Positions 18,064 to 27,234 of a DNA stretch of 64,000 nucleotides are shown here, piece by piece (position 1 is the first letter of the stretch; every line of letters begins with the position of its first letter). Below the pieces are notes generated by a model. The model was not told the origin of the DNA. It ran no database searches and saw only the letters and a list, made by a program, of their open reading frames with translations. The stretch is from an uncultured Chloroflexia bacterium (GTDB lineage Bacteria; Chloroflexota; Dormibacteria; Aeolococcales; Aeolococcaceae), in assembly GCA_963846365.1 (NCBI GenBank), contig CAWJVN010000007.1:848025-912024 (forward strand). The letters are read 5' to 3'. A program made the translations under genes and the position numbers.

Positions 18064-19313
18064 TCGCCCTCCAGCGCATCCGCGAGGAGCCCGAGCTGAT
18101 CCGCGAGGGCGCCCGCCTCAAGGGCGAGCCCGCCCCCGTCGACGAGATCCTCGAGCTCGACGGTCAGGCCCGCGCCCTCCGCGCCGAGATGGAGCAGCTG
18201 CGCGCCGAGCAGAACCGCGAGAGCAAGGCGATCCGGGGGAGGCCGACCGACGAGCAGCGCGACCGGCTGGGGGGATTCAAGCGCCGCATCCAGGAGGCCG
18301 AGGAGGCCCTGGGCAGCCTCGAGGCGCGGATCCAGGACCTGCTGCTGGTGGTGCCCAACCCGCCGCATCCCAGCGTGCCGGTGGGCACCTGCGACGCCGA
18401 CAACGTCACCGTGCGCACCTGGGGCGAGCCCGCCGAGTTCGGCTTCGTCCCCAGGCCCCACCACGACCTCGGCGACCGGCTGGGGATCTTCGACTTCGAG
18501 CGCGCCGCCAAGATCAGCGGGGCGCGCTTCGCGGTGCTGCGCGGCGACGGCGCCCGTCTTCAGCGTGCACTGGTCACGTACATGCTGGACATGGCCACAA
18601 CTCGCAACGGCTACACCGAGATCGCGCCCCCCTACCTGGTGCGCCGCGAGGCGATGGTCGGCACCGGCAACCTCCCCAAGTTCGAGGACGACGCCTTCCA
18701 CACCGACGGGGACATGTTCCTCATCCCCACCGCCGAGGTCCCGGTCACCAACCTCTACCGCGAGGAGATCCTCGACGGCGAGCAGCTGCCGATCCGCCAC
18801 GTCGCCTACACGCCGTGCTTGCGCCGCGAGGCCGGCGCCGCCGGGAAGGACACCCGCGGCTACATCCGCCTCCACCAGTTCGACAAGGTGGAGCTGGTGA
18901 AGTTCGTCGAGCCGGACAGTTCGCTGCTCGAGCTCGAGGGCCTGGTCGCCGACGCCGAGTCGGTGCTGCAGGGCCTCGGGATCCACTACCGGGTACTGCT
19001 GATGTGCACCGGCGACATGGGCTTCGCGCAGTGGAAGAAGTACGACCTCGAGGCCTGGTGCCCGGGGATGGAGCGCTGGCTCGAGGTCTCCTCCTGCAGC
19101 GTCTTCGCCGACTTCCAGGCGCGCCGCGCCGACATCCGCTTCCGGCCGGCGGCGCAGGCCAAGCCCCGCTTCCTCCACACCATCAACGGCAGCGCCCTGG
19201 CGGTGCCGCGCACCTTCGACGCGGTGCTCGAGACCTATCAGGAGGAGGACGGGTCGGTCCTCATCCCCGAGGTGCTGCGCGGCTACATGGGCGGCCAGGA
19301 GCGGCTGTCCTGA
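18060..19313 (+). CDS. serS: serine--tRNA ligase
   Basis: GTG start overlapping lysS stop (GTGA); coiled-coil N-terminus plus class II core. Confidence 0.9.
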   Translation: MIALQRIREEPELIREGARLKGEPAPVDEILELDGQARALRAEMEQLRAEQNRESKAIRGRPTDEQRDRLGGFKRRIQEAEEALGSLEARIQDLLLVVPNPPHPSVPVGTCDADNVTVRTWGEPAEFGFVPRPHHDLGDRLGIFDFERAAKISGARFAVLRGDGARLQRALVTYMLDMATTRNGYTEIAPPYLVRREAMVGTGNLPKFEDDAFHTDGDMFLIPTAEVPVTNLYREEILDGEQLPIRHVAYTPCLRREAGAAGKDTRGYIRLHQFDKVELVKFVEPDSSLLELEGLVADAESVLQGLGIHYRVLLMCTGDMGFAQWKKYDLEAWCPGMERWLEVSSCSVFADFQARRADIRFRPAAQAKPRFLHTINGSALAVPRTFDAVLETYQEEDGSVLIPEVLRGYMGGQERLS

Positions 19314-19858
19314 GCGAGGCGCGGCCGCCGGTCCTGCTCGACGACGCCTGGCTCAACGATCGCACCGAGTTCCAGCTCAACTTCGTCCACGGGCTGCGCA
19401 ACCCTCACGGCCTCCAGATCCAGTACCGCCTCGAGCGCCTCGAGGGCGAGGCCGATCCCGGCTCCGGCCTGCCGCCCCACCGCGTCGCCGGCGACTGGAC
19501 CCCCGACCCCCTGCATCACGTCGGCTTCCCCGGGGTCGCTCACGGCGGCCTGGTGTCGGCGGTGCTCGACGACGTCATGGGCCGCAGCACCGTGCTGCTG
19601 CGTCGCTGGACGGTCACCGCACGCCTCGAGGTGCGCTACCGCGGACCCGCCCCGGCGGGGACGCCGCTGCGCGTGGAGGGGTGGATGACCGGGCTGCGCC
19701 GCCGCGTCATCACCACCACCGGGCGGCTGCTGCTCCCCGGCGGCGGGGTCGTCGCCGAGGCCTCCGGCACCTACCTGCCGCTCACCCCGGAGCTGGAGCG
19801 CCGGATGGTGGAGCGCTGGCCCGGGTTCGCCGCGTACCTCGGAGACGCGGACGTCTGA
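19310..19858 (+). CDS. hotdog-fold thioesterase (PaaI/4HBT-like); start codon uncertain
   Basis: VAHGGLVSAVLDDVMG motif; no ATG/GTG/TTG in frame between serS stop and the motif, so a CTG or other start is assumed. Confidence 0.45.
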   Translation: MSEARPPVLLDDAWLNDRTEFQLNFVHGLRNPHGLQIQYRLERLEGEADPGSGLPPHRVAGDWTPDPLHHVGFPGVAHGGLVSAVLDDVMGRSTVLLRRWTVTARLEVRYRGPAPAGTPLRVEGWMTGLRRRVITTTGRLLLPGGGVVAEASGTYLPLTPELERRMVERWPGFAAYLGDADV

Positions 19859-19870
19859 CACCATGGCGGG

Positions 19871-20638
19871 GTGCTCCACGACCACCACCGCCGCGCCGTC
19901 TCCTTCGGCGACGATCCCGACGCCTACGACCGCGAGCGACCCTCGTACCCGACCGCGCTGATCGACGAGCTCGTCTCCACCGGCCCGCGCCGCGTCCTCG
20001 ACATCGGCTGCGGCACCGGCAAGGCGGGCCGGCTGCTGGTCGAGCGCGGCTGTGAGGTGCTCGGGGTCGAGCCCGACCCGCGGATGGCGGCGCTCGCCCG
20101 CACCCACGGGCTCGAGGTCGAGGTGGCCCGGTTCGAGGACTGGGATGCCGCCGGCCGCCGGTTCGATCTCGCCGTGTGCGGCCAGGCGTGGCACTGGGTC
20201 GACCCCGACGGCGGTGCCCGGGCGGCGGCGCGGGCGCTGCGTCCCGAGGCCCGGCTCGCGCTCTTCTGGAACCGGGGCACCCACGACCCCGAGGTCCAGG
20301 GCGCCCTCGACGAGGTGTACGCGCGGCTGGTCCCGGCGATGCGCGGCGGCTCCGCACCGCTCGGCACGATGGGCTCGCAGCGCGCCGTCAGCCACGACGA
20401 GGCGCTGACCACGGCCGGTGCCTTCGGCCCCGCCGAGACCTTCGCCTACGAGTGGGCGCACGACTATCCGCGGGAGCGCTGGCTCGAGCTGCTCGGCACC
20501 CACAGCGATCACCGGGTGCTGCCGGACGCCGAGCGGGCCCGCCTGCTCGAGGCGGTCGGCGAGGTCGTCGACCGGCTCGGCGGGAGCATCCGTCTCAACT
20601 ACCGGACGGTGCTCACCTGCTGGCGCCGCCTGCGCTGA
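19871..20638 (+). CDS. class I SAM-dependent methyltransferase
   Basis: VLDIGCGTGKAG glycine-rich SAM motif. Confidence 0.7.
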   Translation: MLHDHHRRAVSFGDDPDAYDRERPSYPTALIDELVSTGPRRVLDIGCGTGKAGRLLVERGCEVLGVEPDPRMAALARTHGLEVEVARFEDWDAAGRRFDLAVCGQAWHWVDPDGGARAAARALRPEARLALFWNRGTHDPEVQGALDEVYARLVPAMRGGSAPLGTMGSQRAVSHDEALTTAGAFGPAETFAYEWAHDYPRERWLELLGTHSDHRVLPDAERARLLEAVGEVVDRLGGSIRLNYRTVLTCWRRLR

Positions 20639-22019
20639 GGGCGAGCCCCTCCACCCGCGCGTGCAGCCGCTCCACCCAGAGCTCGTGCCCCGGCTTCATC
20701 AGCACGCTGCGCAGCACCCGGGCCGCCGCGGCGTCGCCGGCCACCCCCGGCAGCGCGGCGAGCAGGCGGTCCGCATCGACGCGCAGCAGGCTGAGGAAGA
20801 CCGGGTCGGGGCCGCCCATGCCCTCCTCCAGCATCGCCCGGCAGGCGGCGTCGATGGCGGAGAGCGAGCGTGGCCCGCGGGGCACCAGGGTGACGATGTC
20901 GAGCTCGGGCCGCAGCACCGGCGCCAGCGTCCGCGAGTCTCCGAGCAGCTCCCACCAGCGACGTGCCGCTCGCAGCCCGGCGGCGAGCACGGCGCCGAGG
21001 CCGGCGGCGGTGAGCGGGAAGGCCTGCAGGGTGAGCCAGAGCGCCGCCGCCGCGGCGCCGGCCCGGGAGCACTCCAGGCTGATCTCGCCGAGGTGCCCCT
21101 CCGCGGCGGTGAAGTACGTGTACGGCGAGTCGTGCGCGTAGAGCCGGGCCACCGAGGCGTCGCGGAAGAGCACCGCCCCGCACCCGTAGGGCTGCAGCCC
21201 GTGCTTGTGGGGGTCGACCACCACCGAGTCGCAGTCGCCGACGGCCCGCAGCGCCGCCGCCGGCACCGCGGCGTCGCCCGCCCAGGCGAGGATGGCGAAG
21301 AAGCCCCCGTAGGCGGCGTCGACGTGCACCCGCACCCCGTGGCGGCGGGCGAGGACGAGCGCCTCGTCGACGGCGTCGACCGCGCCGAGGCCGGTGGTGC
21401 CGGCGGTCAGCACCACGGTGCCGACCCGCCCGGTGCGCAGCACCGTCTCCAGGGCGTCGAGGTCGATGCGCCCGGCGGGGTCGGCGGCGACGGGCTCGCA
21501 GGCGATGCCGAGCAGGTGGCACATCCGCCGGTGGGTGTAGTGCGCCTCCTCGCTGCAGGCGACCCCGCGTCCGGGGTGGAGCTCGCGGGCGACGAAGAGC
21601 GCCTCGAGGTTGGCCACCGTCCCGCTGCTGGTGAGGTGGCCGAGGCCGTCCTCGGGAAGGTGCAGCATGGCGGCGAGCATCGCCACCGCCTCCCGCTCCA
21701 TCCTCGCCGTCGCCGGGCCGCCGTCGAGGGCGTGGTTGTTGGGGTTGACGAGCATGGTGGCGAGGTGGGCGGCGATCGCGGCGGGGTGGGGCGGCTTCAG
21801 CATCTGGCCGGCGTAGCGGGGGTGGAAGAACGGGTAGTTGTCGTGCAGCCGGGTGGTGAGCTCGTCGAGCAGGGCCTCGACCCGGCCGGGCCCGAGCTCG
21901 AGGGCGGGGTGGCCGGGCGCGGGTCCGAAGCCCTGCTCCCACGCGGTCATCGCCGCGATCACCCGGGAGCACCAGCCCGCCAGCTCGTCACCACCGGGGG
22001 GGCGCGGGGAGGGGCTCAC
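20613..22019 (-). CDS. PLP-dependent group II amino-acid decarboxylase
   Basis: SGTVANLEAL...DPHKHG (PLP lysine) motifs. Confidence 0.8.
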   Translation of the reverse strand: MSPSPRPPGGDELAGWCSRVIAAMTAWEQGFGPAPGHPALELGPGRVEALLDELTTRLHDNYPFFHPRYAGQMLKPPHPAAIAAHLATMLVNPNNHALDGGPATARMEREAVAMLAAMLHLPEDGLGHLTSSGTVANLEALFVARELHPGRGVACSEEAHYTHRRMCHLLGIACEPVAADPAGRIDLDALETVLRTGRVGTVVLTAGTTGLGAVDAVDEALVLARRHGVRVHVDAAYGGFFAILAWAGDAAVPAAALRAVGDCDSVVVDPHKHGLQPYGCGAVLFRDASVARLYAHDSPYTYFTAAEGHLGEISLECSRAGAAAAALWLTLQAFPLTAAGLGAVLAAGLRAARRWWELLGDSRTLAPVLRPELDIVTLVPRGPRSLSAIDAACRAMLEEGMGGPDPVFLSLLRVDADRLLAALPGVAGDAAAARVLRSVLMKPGHELWVERLHARVEGLALSAGGASR

Positions 22020-22304
22020 GGGGGAAGACTACAAAACGCACGAATGCACGCGAATGCATGGATATGTGCCATTCCGCGAAAGCTGGGATATGATCCCAGG
22101 CAGACAGGCGCCGGGGCGAGAGCCGCGGCGGGAAGGGACTGAACACGATGCGGGCGGCACCTCGAGTGCCGCCACCGCCCGGGCGGGTGGACGGTGCGCC
22201 GTCACGCTGCCCGCGTTCATGACAGCCTCGTCCGCAACACGTCTGCAGAAGCTCCCCGCTGACAGGCGATCCGGTGGGATCGGTCGGTCACGGTTGTCAG
22301 GGAG

Positions 22305-22335
22305 GGAGACGGCCGGCGCGGCAGAGGCCGCGCCG
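22305..22335. other. perfect GC palindrome hairpin (12-bp stem, 4-nt loop) in the 5' region of the secreted-protein gene
   Basis: ggccggcgcggc agag gccgcgccggcc read directly. Confidence 0.4.
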
Positions 22336-22489
22336 GCCGTCGTTCCCCGCAGCCGGATGGGAGGCGCCGCCGCAAGACCTTTCTCCTCACGCCGTTGGAG
22401 GGGTTGTGGGCGCGTGTCTGACGCGTTCCAGGGTAACCGTCAACGGCGGCGGCCTCACCGGCCGGGCGCCAGGGGAAGGGAGAGATTCG

Positions 22490-23122
22490 ATGAAGCTGAA
22501 CAGGCTGTTCCTGGTTGCGGGCGTCGTCGCAACCGTCGGCGCCACCGGGGCCATCCAGGCCGCGAACGCCGACAGCAAGAAGTTCGAGGTCAAGGCCGCG
22601 AACTACGACCCGGACAAGACCCACACCGTCACCTCGCAGTGGACCAAGAACCTGGGTCTCGACGACAACAACGGCAAGAACAACCGCAAGGGTCTCCTGC
22701 TGTCCAAGAACGCGCCCACCGCCACCAACTCCGCGGCCGGCGCGAACATCCGTGGCGTCAAGGGCATCGTGCTCACCGAGCTCGGCTACGACGTGCGCGA
22801 CGGCAGCCACTGCTCCGGCGGTGCTCCGCGCTTCGACGTGGTCACCGTCGAGGATCCGGGCACCGTGCACTTCATCGGGGCCTGCACCAACGGCACGGTG
22901 ACCCCGAACACCCCGGTGGCCGGCTGGTCGCGGGTGCGCTTCGACCCGGCCAACCCCCACAACGCCTTCCCGCCGATCCCCGCCGGGCAGCACGTCTCGG
23001 TGATGGACATCACCTTCGACGAGGGCACCGACACCGCCGGCGGCATGCCCGGCCTCGCGGTCATCGACAACATCGACATCAACGGCAAGCTGATCGGCAG
23101 CGGCAACAACAGCGGCGACTGA
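22490..23122 (+). CDS. secreted protein of unknown function (210 aa)
   Basis: SD GGGGAAGGGAGAG upstream of ATG; signal peptide MKLNRLFLVAGVVATVGATGAIQAANA; Lys/Asn-rich, lower-GC codon usage than neighbours. Confidence 0.6.
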   Translation: MKLNRLFLVAGVVATVGATGAIQAANADSKKFEVKAANYDPDKTHTVTSQWTKNLGLDDNNGKNNRKGLLLSKNAPTATNSAAGANIRGVKGIVLTELGYDVRDGSHCSGGAPRFDVVTVEDPGTVHFIGACTNGTVTPNTPVAGWSRVRFDPANPHNAFPPIPAGQHVSVMDITFDEGTDTAGGMPGLAVIDNIDINGKLIGSGNNSGD

Positions 23123-23196
23123 GCTCGCGGCCCCCTCGGGGGCACGGGCTCCGCGTGAGGGGGGAGACGGCCGGCGTGGGGCGACCGCGCCGGCCG

Positions 23197-24591
23197 TCAG
23201 TCCCCGAGATGCCAGACCGTCACCCCGCCGCCGCCGGCCACGCGGCGGTAGCCCCGCCTGGGGAGCGCCGCCACCGCGGCGTCGTAGCCCGCAGCCCGGC
23301 TCTGCGAGCCCAGCACCCCGGTCCCGTCCACCGCCACCCAGGCAACTCCGACCCCGGAGGGCAGCTCGAAGACCACGGGCCGGTCGGCGAGATGGGTGAG
23401 CAGCGACCCGGTGGCGGCCACCGGCGCCCCCGCCGGGATGCGCCCCAGCGCGGCGCCGGCGGCGGCGGCGCGATCGAGCCCGCCGAGCTCGACGCGGTCG
23501 GGGCCTGGCCCCCAGGGCAGCGGCGCCGCCAGCAGCCAGGTGGCCGCGGCGCCTCCCACCAGCAGCGCCGGCGCGGCGGCGCCGAGCCTCCGGCCCCGCG
23601 GGCTGCGCCACCCCACCAGGGCGGCGGCGACCAGCAGCGGCACCGCGGGCAGCCCGTAGTGGAGGCGCAGCCCGCCCTGGAACGGGTCGGCGGCGAGGAG
23701 GGCGAGCAGCAGCGGCAGCAGGCAGGCGGCGAGGGCGGCGGGACGCAGCAGCGGCAGCAGCCCGGCGCCGGCGAGGGCGAGCAGCAGCGCGGGCCCGGCC
23801 GGCGCGGAGAGCAGGTGACCGAGCCAGGTCTGGGGGGAGGTCACCAGGTGGGCCACCACCGCTCCCGGGGTGGCGCCGATGTAGCGGTATCGGTCGATGA
23901 GGTCGCCGGGGGCGCCGCCGCGCAGCCGGGGCATGAGCACCAGCGTGGCCAGCGCCCCCGCCGCCAGCCCGCCACCGGCGAGCACCAGCCCGGCGCGGCG
24001 GCGGTGCACCGCCGTCGCCAGCAGGCCGACGCCGATGGTCACCAGGGCCCCGTCCTCCTTGCAGAGCAGCGGGACGGCGCCGGCGAGCAGCAGCAGCGGC
24101 GTGCTGCCCCGCGCGGCGCCGAGCAGGGCGAGGAACACGAAGGGCACCGCCAGCGCCTCGGTGTGGAAGTCGAAGCCCGCGGCCCGGGCCAGGCCCACCT
24201 GGAGGAGGTACGCGACCACCGCGGCGACCGCCGCGCGCCGGGTGACAAGCCACTCGCGGGCGAGCGCCCACAGCGGCACCACCGCGAGGCCGAGGGCGAG
24301 CGACTGGGCGCCGAGCAGCCAGAGCGGCCCGGGGTGGAGCCGGTAGAGGGGCACCAGGAGCAGGAGGGCGGGCTCGAGGTGCTGGCCGAAGAAGTTGTAG
24401 TCGAGGAAGCTGGAGCGCAGCCCGTTCCCCGCCGAGGCGTTCCACACCACCTGGTCGAAGAAGGCGAGGTCGTAGGCGGTGCTGTGGAAGGTGGCCCAGC
24501 GCAGCGCCGCGACCGCGAGGAGCACCGCCGCCGCCACCCCGCCGATCAACCAGGGGGTGAGCTCGCGGGTCCTCAGCGGGCCCGCGGCCAC
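23197..24591 (-). CDS. DUF2079-family polytopic membrane protein (putative glycosyl/arabinosyl-transferase-like)
   Basis: TAYDLAFFDQVVWN...GQHLEPALLLLVPLY DUF2079 signature; GTG start overlapping the upstream gene end. Confidence 0.65.
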   Translation of the reverse strand: MAAGPLRTRELTPWLIGGVAAAVLLAVAALRWATFHSTAYDLAFFDQVVWNASAGNGLRSSFLDYNFFGQHLEPALLLLVPLYRLHPGPLWLLGAQSLALGLAVVPLWALAREWLVTRRAAVAAVVAYLLQVGLARAAGFDFHTEALAVPFVFLALLGAARGSTPLLLLAGAVPLLCKEDGALVTIGVGLLATAVHRRRAGLVLAGGGLAAGALATLVLMPRLRGGAPGDLIDRYRYIGATPGAVVAHLVTSPQTWLGHLLSAPAGPALLLALAGAGLLPLLRPAALAACLLPLLLALLAADPFQGGLRLHYGLPAVPLLVAAALVGWRSPRGRRLGAAAPALLVGGAAATWLLAAPLPWGPGPDRVELGGLDRAAAAGAALGRIPAGAPVAATGSLLTHLADRPVVFELPSGVGVAWVAVDGTGVLGSQSRAAGYDAAVAALPRRGYRRVAGGGGVTVWHLGD

Positions 24592-25241
24592 GGCGGCGCC
24601 GCCGTCACCGGCCGGAGCCCGGCGAGCGCCGCCGCGGTGTGCGGCGCGCGCCCGGGGTCGCGCTCGAGGTCGACGGCGAGACGGTCGAGGTCGGCGACCT
24701 CGTCGACGTCGTACCAGCCGCCCGCGTCGCGCACCTCGAGGCCGGCGGCGCGCGCCCGTGCGCCCACCTGGGCGGCGGTGCGCGCGGTGCTCCACTCCAC
24801 GCCGTCGAACACCGCCGGCAGCCGCTCCGCCCCCGGCCGGGCCGCGGCCATGGCCACGAAGCCGCCGTCGAGCGCCCCCACCAGCGCCACCGCGTCCGGG
24901 CCGGCCGCCTCGACACAGTTCTCGAGCAGGGTCTCCGGGAGGGAGGGGCTGTCGCTGCCCACCAGCAGCACCCGGCGCGCCCCGGCGGCGAAGCCGCAGC
25001 CGAAGGCGTGGGCGAGCCGGGCGCCGAGGTCGCCGGCGGGCTGGGCGGCGAGAACCGCGCCCGGCGCCGCCCGGGCCAGGAGTGGCCGCGCCTCCGGCGG
25101 GTTGAAGGCGATCACCCGGGGCCAGGCCGCCGACCAGCCCAGGGTGTCGGCGACGAACCCGCGGTGGAGCCGGTGGGCGGTCTGGGCACCGAGCGCGGCG
25201 GCGAGCCGGCTCTTGCCCGCGCCCGGCACCGGCCAGCGCAT
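24573..25241 (-). CDS. DUF2064 family protein (TIGR04282-type nucleotide-sugar transferase-like)
   Basis: MRWPVPGAGKSRLA...LLVGSDSP pattern. Confidence 0.65.
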   Translation of the reverse strand: MRWPVPGAGKSRLAAALGAQTAHRLHRGFVADTLGWSAAWPRVIAFNPPEARPLLARAAPGAVLAAQPAGDLGARLAHAFGCGFAAGARRVLLVGSDSPSLPETLLENCVEAAGPDAVALVGALDGGFVAMAAARPGAERLPAVFDGVEWSTARTAAQVGARARAAGLEVRDAGGWYDVDEVADLDRLAVDLERDPGRAPHTAAALAGLRPVTAAPPWPRAR

Positions 25242-25267
25242 CAGCACCACGATCAGGTCCCCGGGCC

Positions 25268-25975
25268 TCACCGCGGCGCCACCCGGTGCCAGAGCAGCGC
25301 GCCGATGATCCCCAGGCCGGCGCCGAGGCTGCCCCGGAGGCTGCCGCCCACCTTCGACGTCCCCGCCGTCCGGCGCCGGTAGCCGACCTCGATCTCGACG
25401 ATGCGGGCCCGGCGCCGCGCCGCCCGGGCGAGCATCTCGGCCGGCCAGGCGTAGCGCGAGGGCCGCATGCCCAGGTCCCGGAGCAGCTCGCCGCGCACCG
25501 CCCGGTAGGGCCCGAGGTCGGTGAGGCGCACCCCGTGGAGGCGGTGCAGCAGCAGCAGCGCGAGGCGGTTGCCGAGGGCCTGGTGGGCGGGCATGCTGCC
25601 GGGCTCGCGGCGCGCCGTGCGCGACCCGCACACCAGGTCGGCGCGGCCCTCGAGGATGGGCGCGACCAGGGCGTCGATCGACTCCGGGGGCATGCTGCCG
25701 TCGCCGTCGATGAAGACCACCACGGTGGCGTCGGGGCTGGCGGCGACACCGGTGTGGCAGGCGCGTCCGTAGCCGCGGCGGGGCTCGCGGACCACCCGGG
25801 CCCCGGCGGCGGCGGCGACCGCCGCGGTGCCGTCGCGGCTGCCGTTGTCGACGACGAGGACGTCGGCGCGCAGCCCCGCGGGCACACGGCGGACGACCTC
25901 GGCGATGGCGCCGGCCTCGTCGAGGGCGGGGATCACCACGGTGCAGCGGTGGGGCGGGTCGGTTCCGGTGCTCAC
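25268..25975 (-). CDS. family 2 glycosyltransferase (dolichol-P-sugar-synthase-like, short)
   Basis: CTVVIPALDEAGAI...VVDNGSRDGTA...FIDGDG motifs. Confidence 0.8.
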   Translation of the reverse strand: MSTGTDPPHRCTVVIPALDEAGAIAEVVRRVPAGLRADVLVVDNGSRDGTAAVAAAAGARVVREPRRGYGRACHTGVAASPDATVVVFIDGDGSMPPESIDALVAPILEGRADLVCGSRTARREPGSMPAHQALGNRLALLLLHRLHGVRLTDLGPYRAVRGELLRDLGMRPSRYAWPAEMLARAARRRARIVEIEVGYRRRTAGTSKVGGSLRGSLGAGLGIIGALLWHRVAPR

Positions 25976-26062
25976 GGGCGCGAATCATCGCGGTTGCGGA
26001 TCTCGACCGGATGACGGCGCCGGGCGCCCCCCTGTCGAGGGGGGCGCCGGCGGGTCAAAGGG

Positions 26063-26368
26063 CTACGGGTGCGCCGGATGCGTGGGGTGTGCCGGATGCG
26101 TGGGGTGGGGCTTGTGCGTGGGCGTGGGCCCCGGGGTGTGCGTCGGCTTCGGGGTGTGCGTGGGCTTCGGAGTGTGCGTGGGCTTCGGCGCCTTCACGCA
26201 CTTCTTTCCAGGGGCCGTCCCCGGCTCGGGGGTCACGCAGGTGTGCCGGTGGTGGACGTTGGTTCCGGGCGGGGTGGTCGAGGCACTGGCGGCCATCGCG
26301 GTGGTGCCGACACCGGCGGCCAGCGACCCGGCGGCCAGCACGGTGGCGGCGACGCGTCGGAGGTTCAT
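26063..26368 (-). CDS. small secreted His/Pro/Thr-repeat protein, (KPTHTP)n
   Basis: Signal peptide MNLRRVAATVLAAGSLAAGVGTTAMA; two Cys; KPTHTPKPTHTPKPTHTPGPTPTHKPHPTHPAHPTHPAHP encoded by 18-bp tandem repeats. Confidence 0.5.
   Translation of the reverse strand: MNLRRVAATVLAAGSLAAGVGTTAMAASASTTPPGTNVHHRHTCVTPEPGTAPGKKCVKAPKPTHTPKPTHTPKPTHTPGPTPTHKPHPTHPAHPTHPAHP
26069..26190. repeat. 18-19-bp tandem repeats encoding the His/Pro/Thr repeat
   Basis: ggggtgtgcgt(c/g)ggcttc x3 and gtgcgccggatgcgtgggg x2 read directly. Confidence 0.7.
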
Positions 26369-26523
26369 CGATCGTTCTCCCTTCCTGATGCTGTGCGGGA
26401 CCGCTGTCGACGCGGGTCCTCAGGGCTTAATGACGCGGCGGTGGGGTGAAAACCTACGCCCCCGCACTCACATCCCCCGGAGTCACGCCGCCGACACGGG
26501 CCCTCCGTACACTGCGGTCAGCG

Positions 26524-27234
26524 ATGAGCTCCACCGCCCCCGTGCTGGTCGTCGACGACGACGCGAAGATCGTCTCGCTGGTCCGCACCTACCTCGAGCG
26601 CGAGGGCTTCTCCGTGGTCGAGGCGCGCGACGGCCGGGCCGCGCTGGCGGCGATCGAGGCCCACGCCCCCCGGCTGGTGGTCCTCGACGTGATGCTCCCC
26701 GAGCTCGACGGCCTCGGCGTGCTCCGCCGGCTGCGCGAGCGCTCCGACATCCCGGTGCTCATGCTCTCCGCGCTCGGCTCCACCGACGACCGGGTCGCCG
26801 GCATCCACCAGGGCGCCGACGACTACCTCCCCAAGCCCTTCTCGCCGGCGGAGCTGGTGGTGCGGGTCCAGGCCATCCTGCGCCGCAGCGCTCGGGCCGC
26901 CGGCCGCGACGGCGACCGCGGGATGCTCCGCCACGCCGACCTGGTCATCGACCTCGACCGCCACCAGGTGACCCGCGAGGGCAGGCTGCTCCAGCTCACC
27001 ACCGCCGAGTTCCGCCTCCTCGCCGCCCTGATCGAGGCCGACGGCAGGGTGCTGACCCGCGAGATGCTCCTCGATGCGCTCTATGGGAACACCTACGCGG
27101 AGGTGCTCGACCGCACCATCGACGTGCACATCCGCCGGCTGCGCGAGAAGCTCGGCGACGACGCCGAGGTGCCCCGGTACATCGCCACGGTGCGGGGCGC
27201 CGGCTACCGGGCGGCGCCCGAGCAGGTCGGGTGA
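26524..27234 (+). CDS. OmpR-family response regulator
   Basis: VLVVDDD...LDVMLPELDG; winged-helix C-terminus; internal ATG. Confidence 0.85.
   Translation: MSSTAPVLVVDDDAKIVSLVRTYLEREGFSVVEARDGRAALAAIEAHAPRLVVLDVMLPELDGLGVLRRLRERSDIPVLMLSALGSTDDRVAGIHQGADDYLPKPFSPAELVVRVQAILRRSARAAGRDGDRGMLRHADLVIDLDRHQVTREGRLLQLTTAEFRLLAALIEADGRVLTREMLLDALYGNTYAEVLDRTIDVHIRRLREKLGDDAEVPRYIATVRGAGYRAAPEQVG

Noticed and set aside
16809-19313. 834-aa ORF fusing lysS and serS regions; also 17876..19858 (660 aa)
   Set aside because: Out-of-frame overlap of lysS plus the in-frame serS; serS has its own GTG at 18060. The second ORF is a low-complexity shadow frame ending in the real hotdog domain.
23197-25887. 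896-aa minus-strand ORF
   Set aside because: Frame read-through across three separate genes (GT2, DUF2064, DUF2079). Only the C-terminal 464 aa (DUF2079) are genuine in this frame.
26069-26190. Possible CRISPR array (regularly spaced 18-19-bp repeats)
   Set aside because: Repeats are contiguous tandem copies with no spacers, lie inside a coding frame (KPTHTP repeat), and no cas genes are nearby
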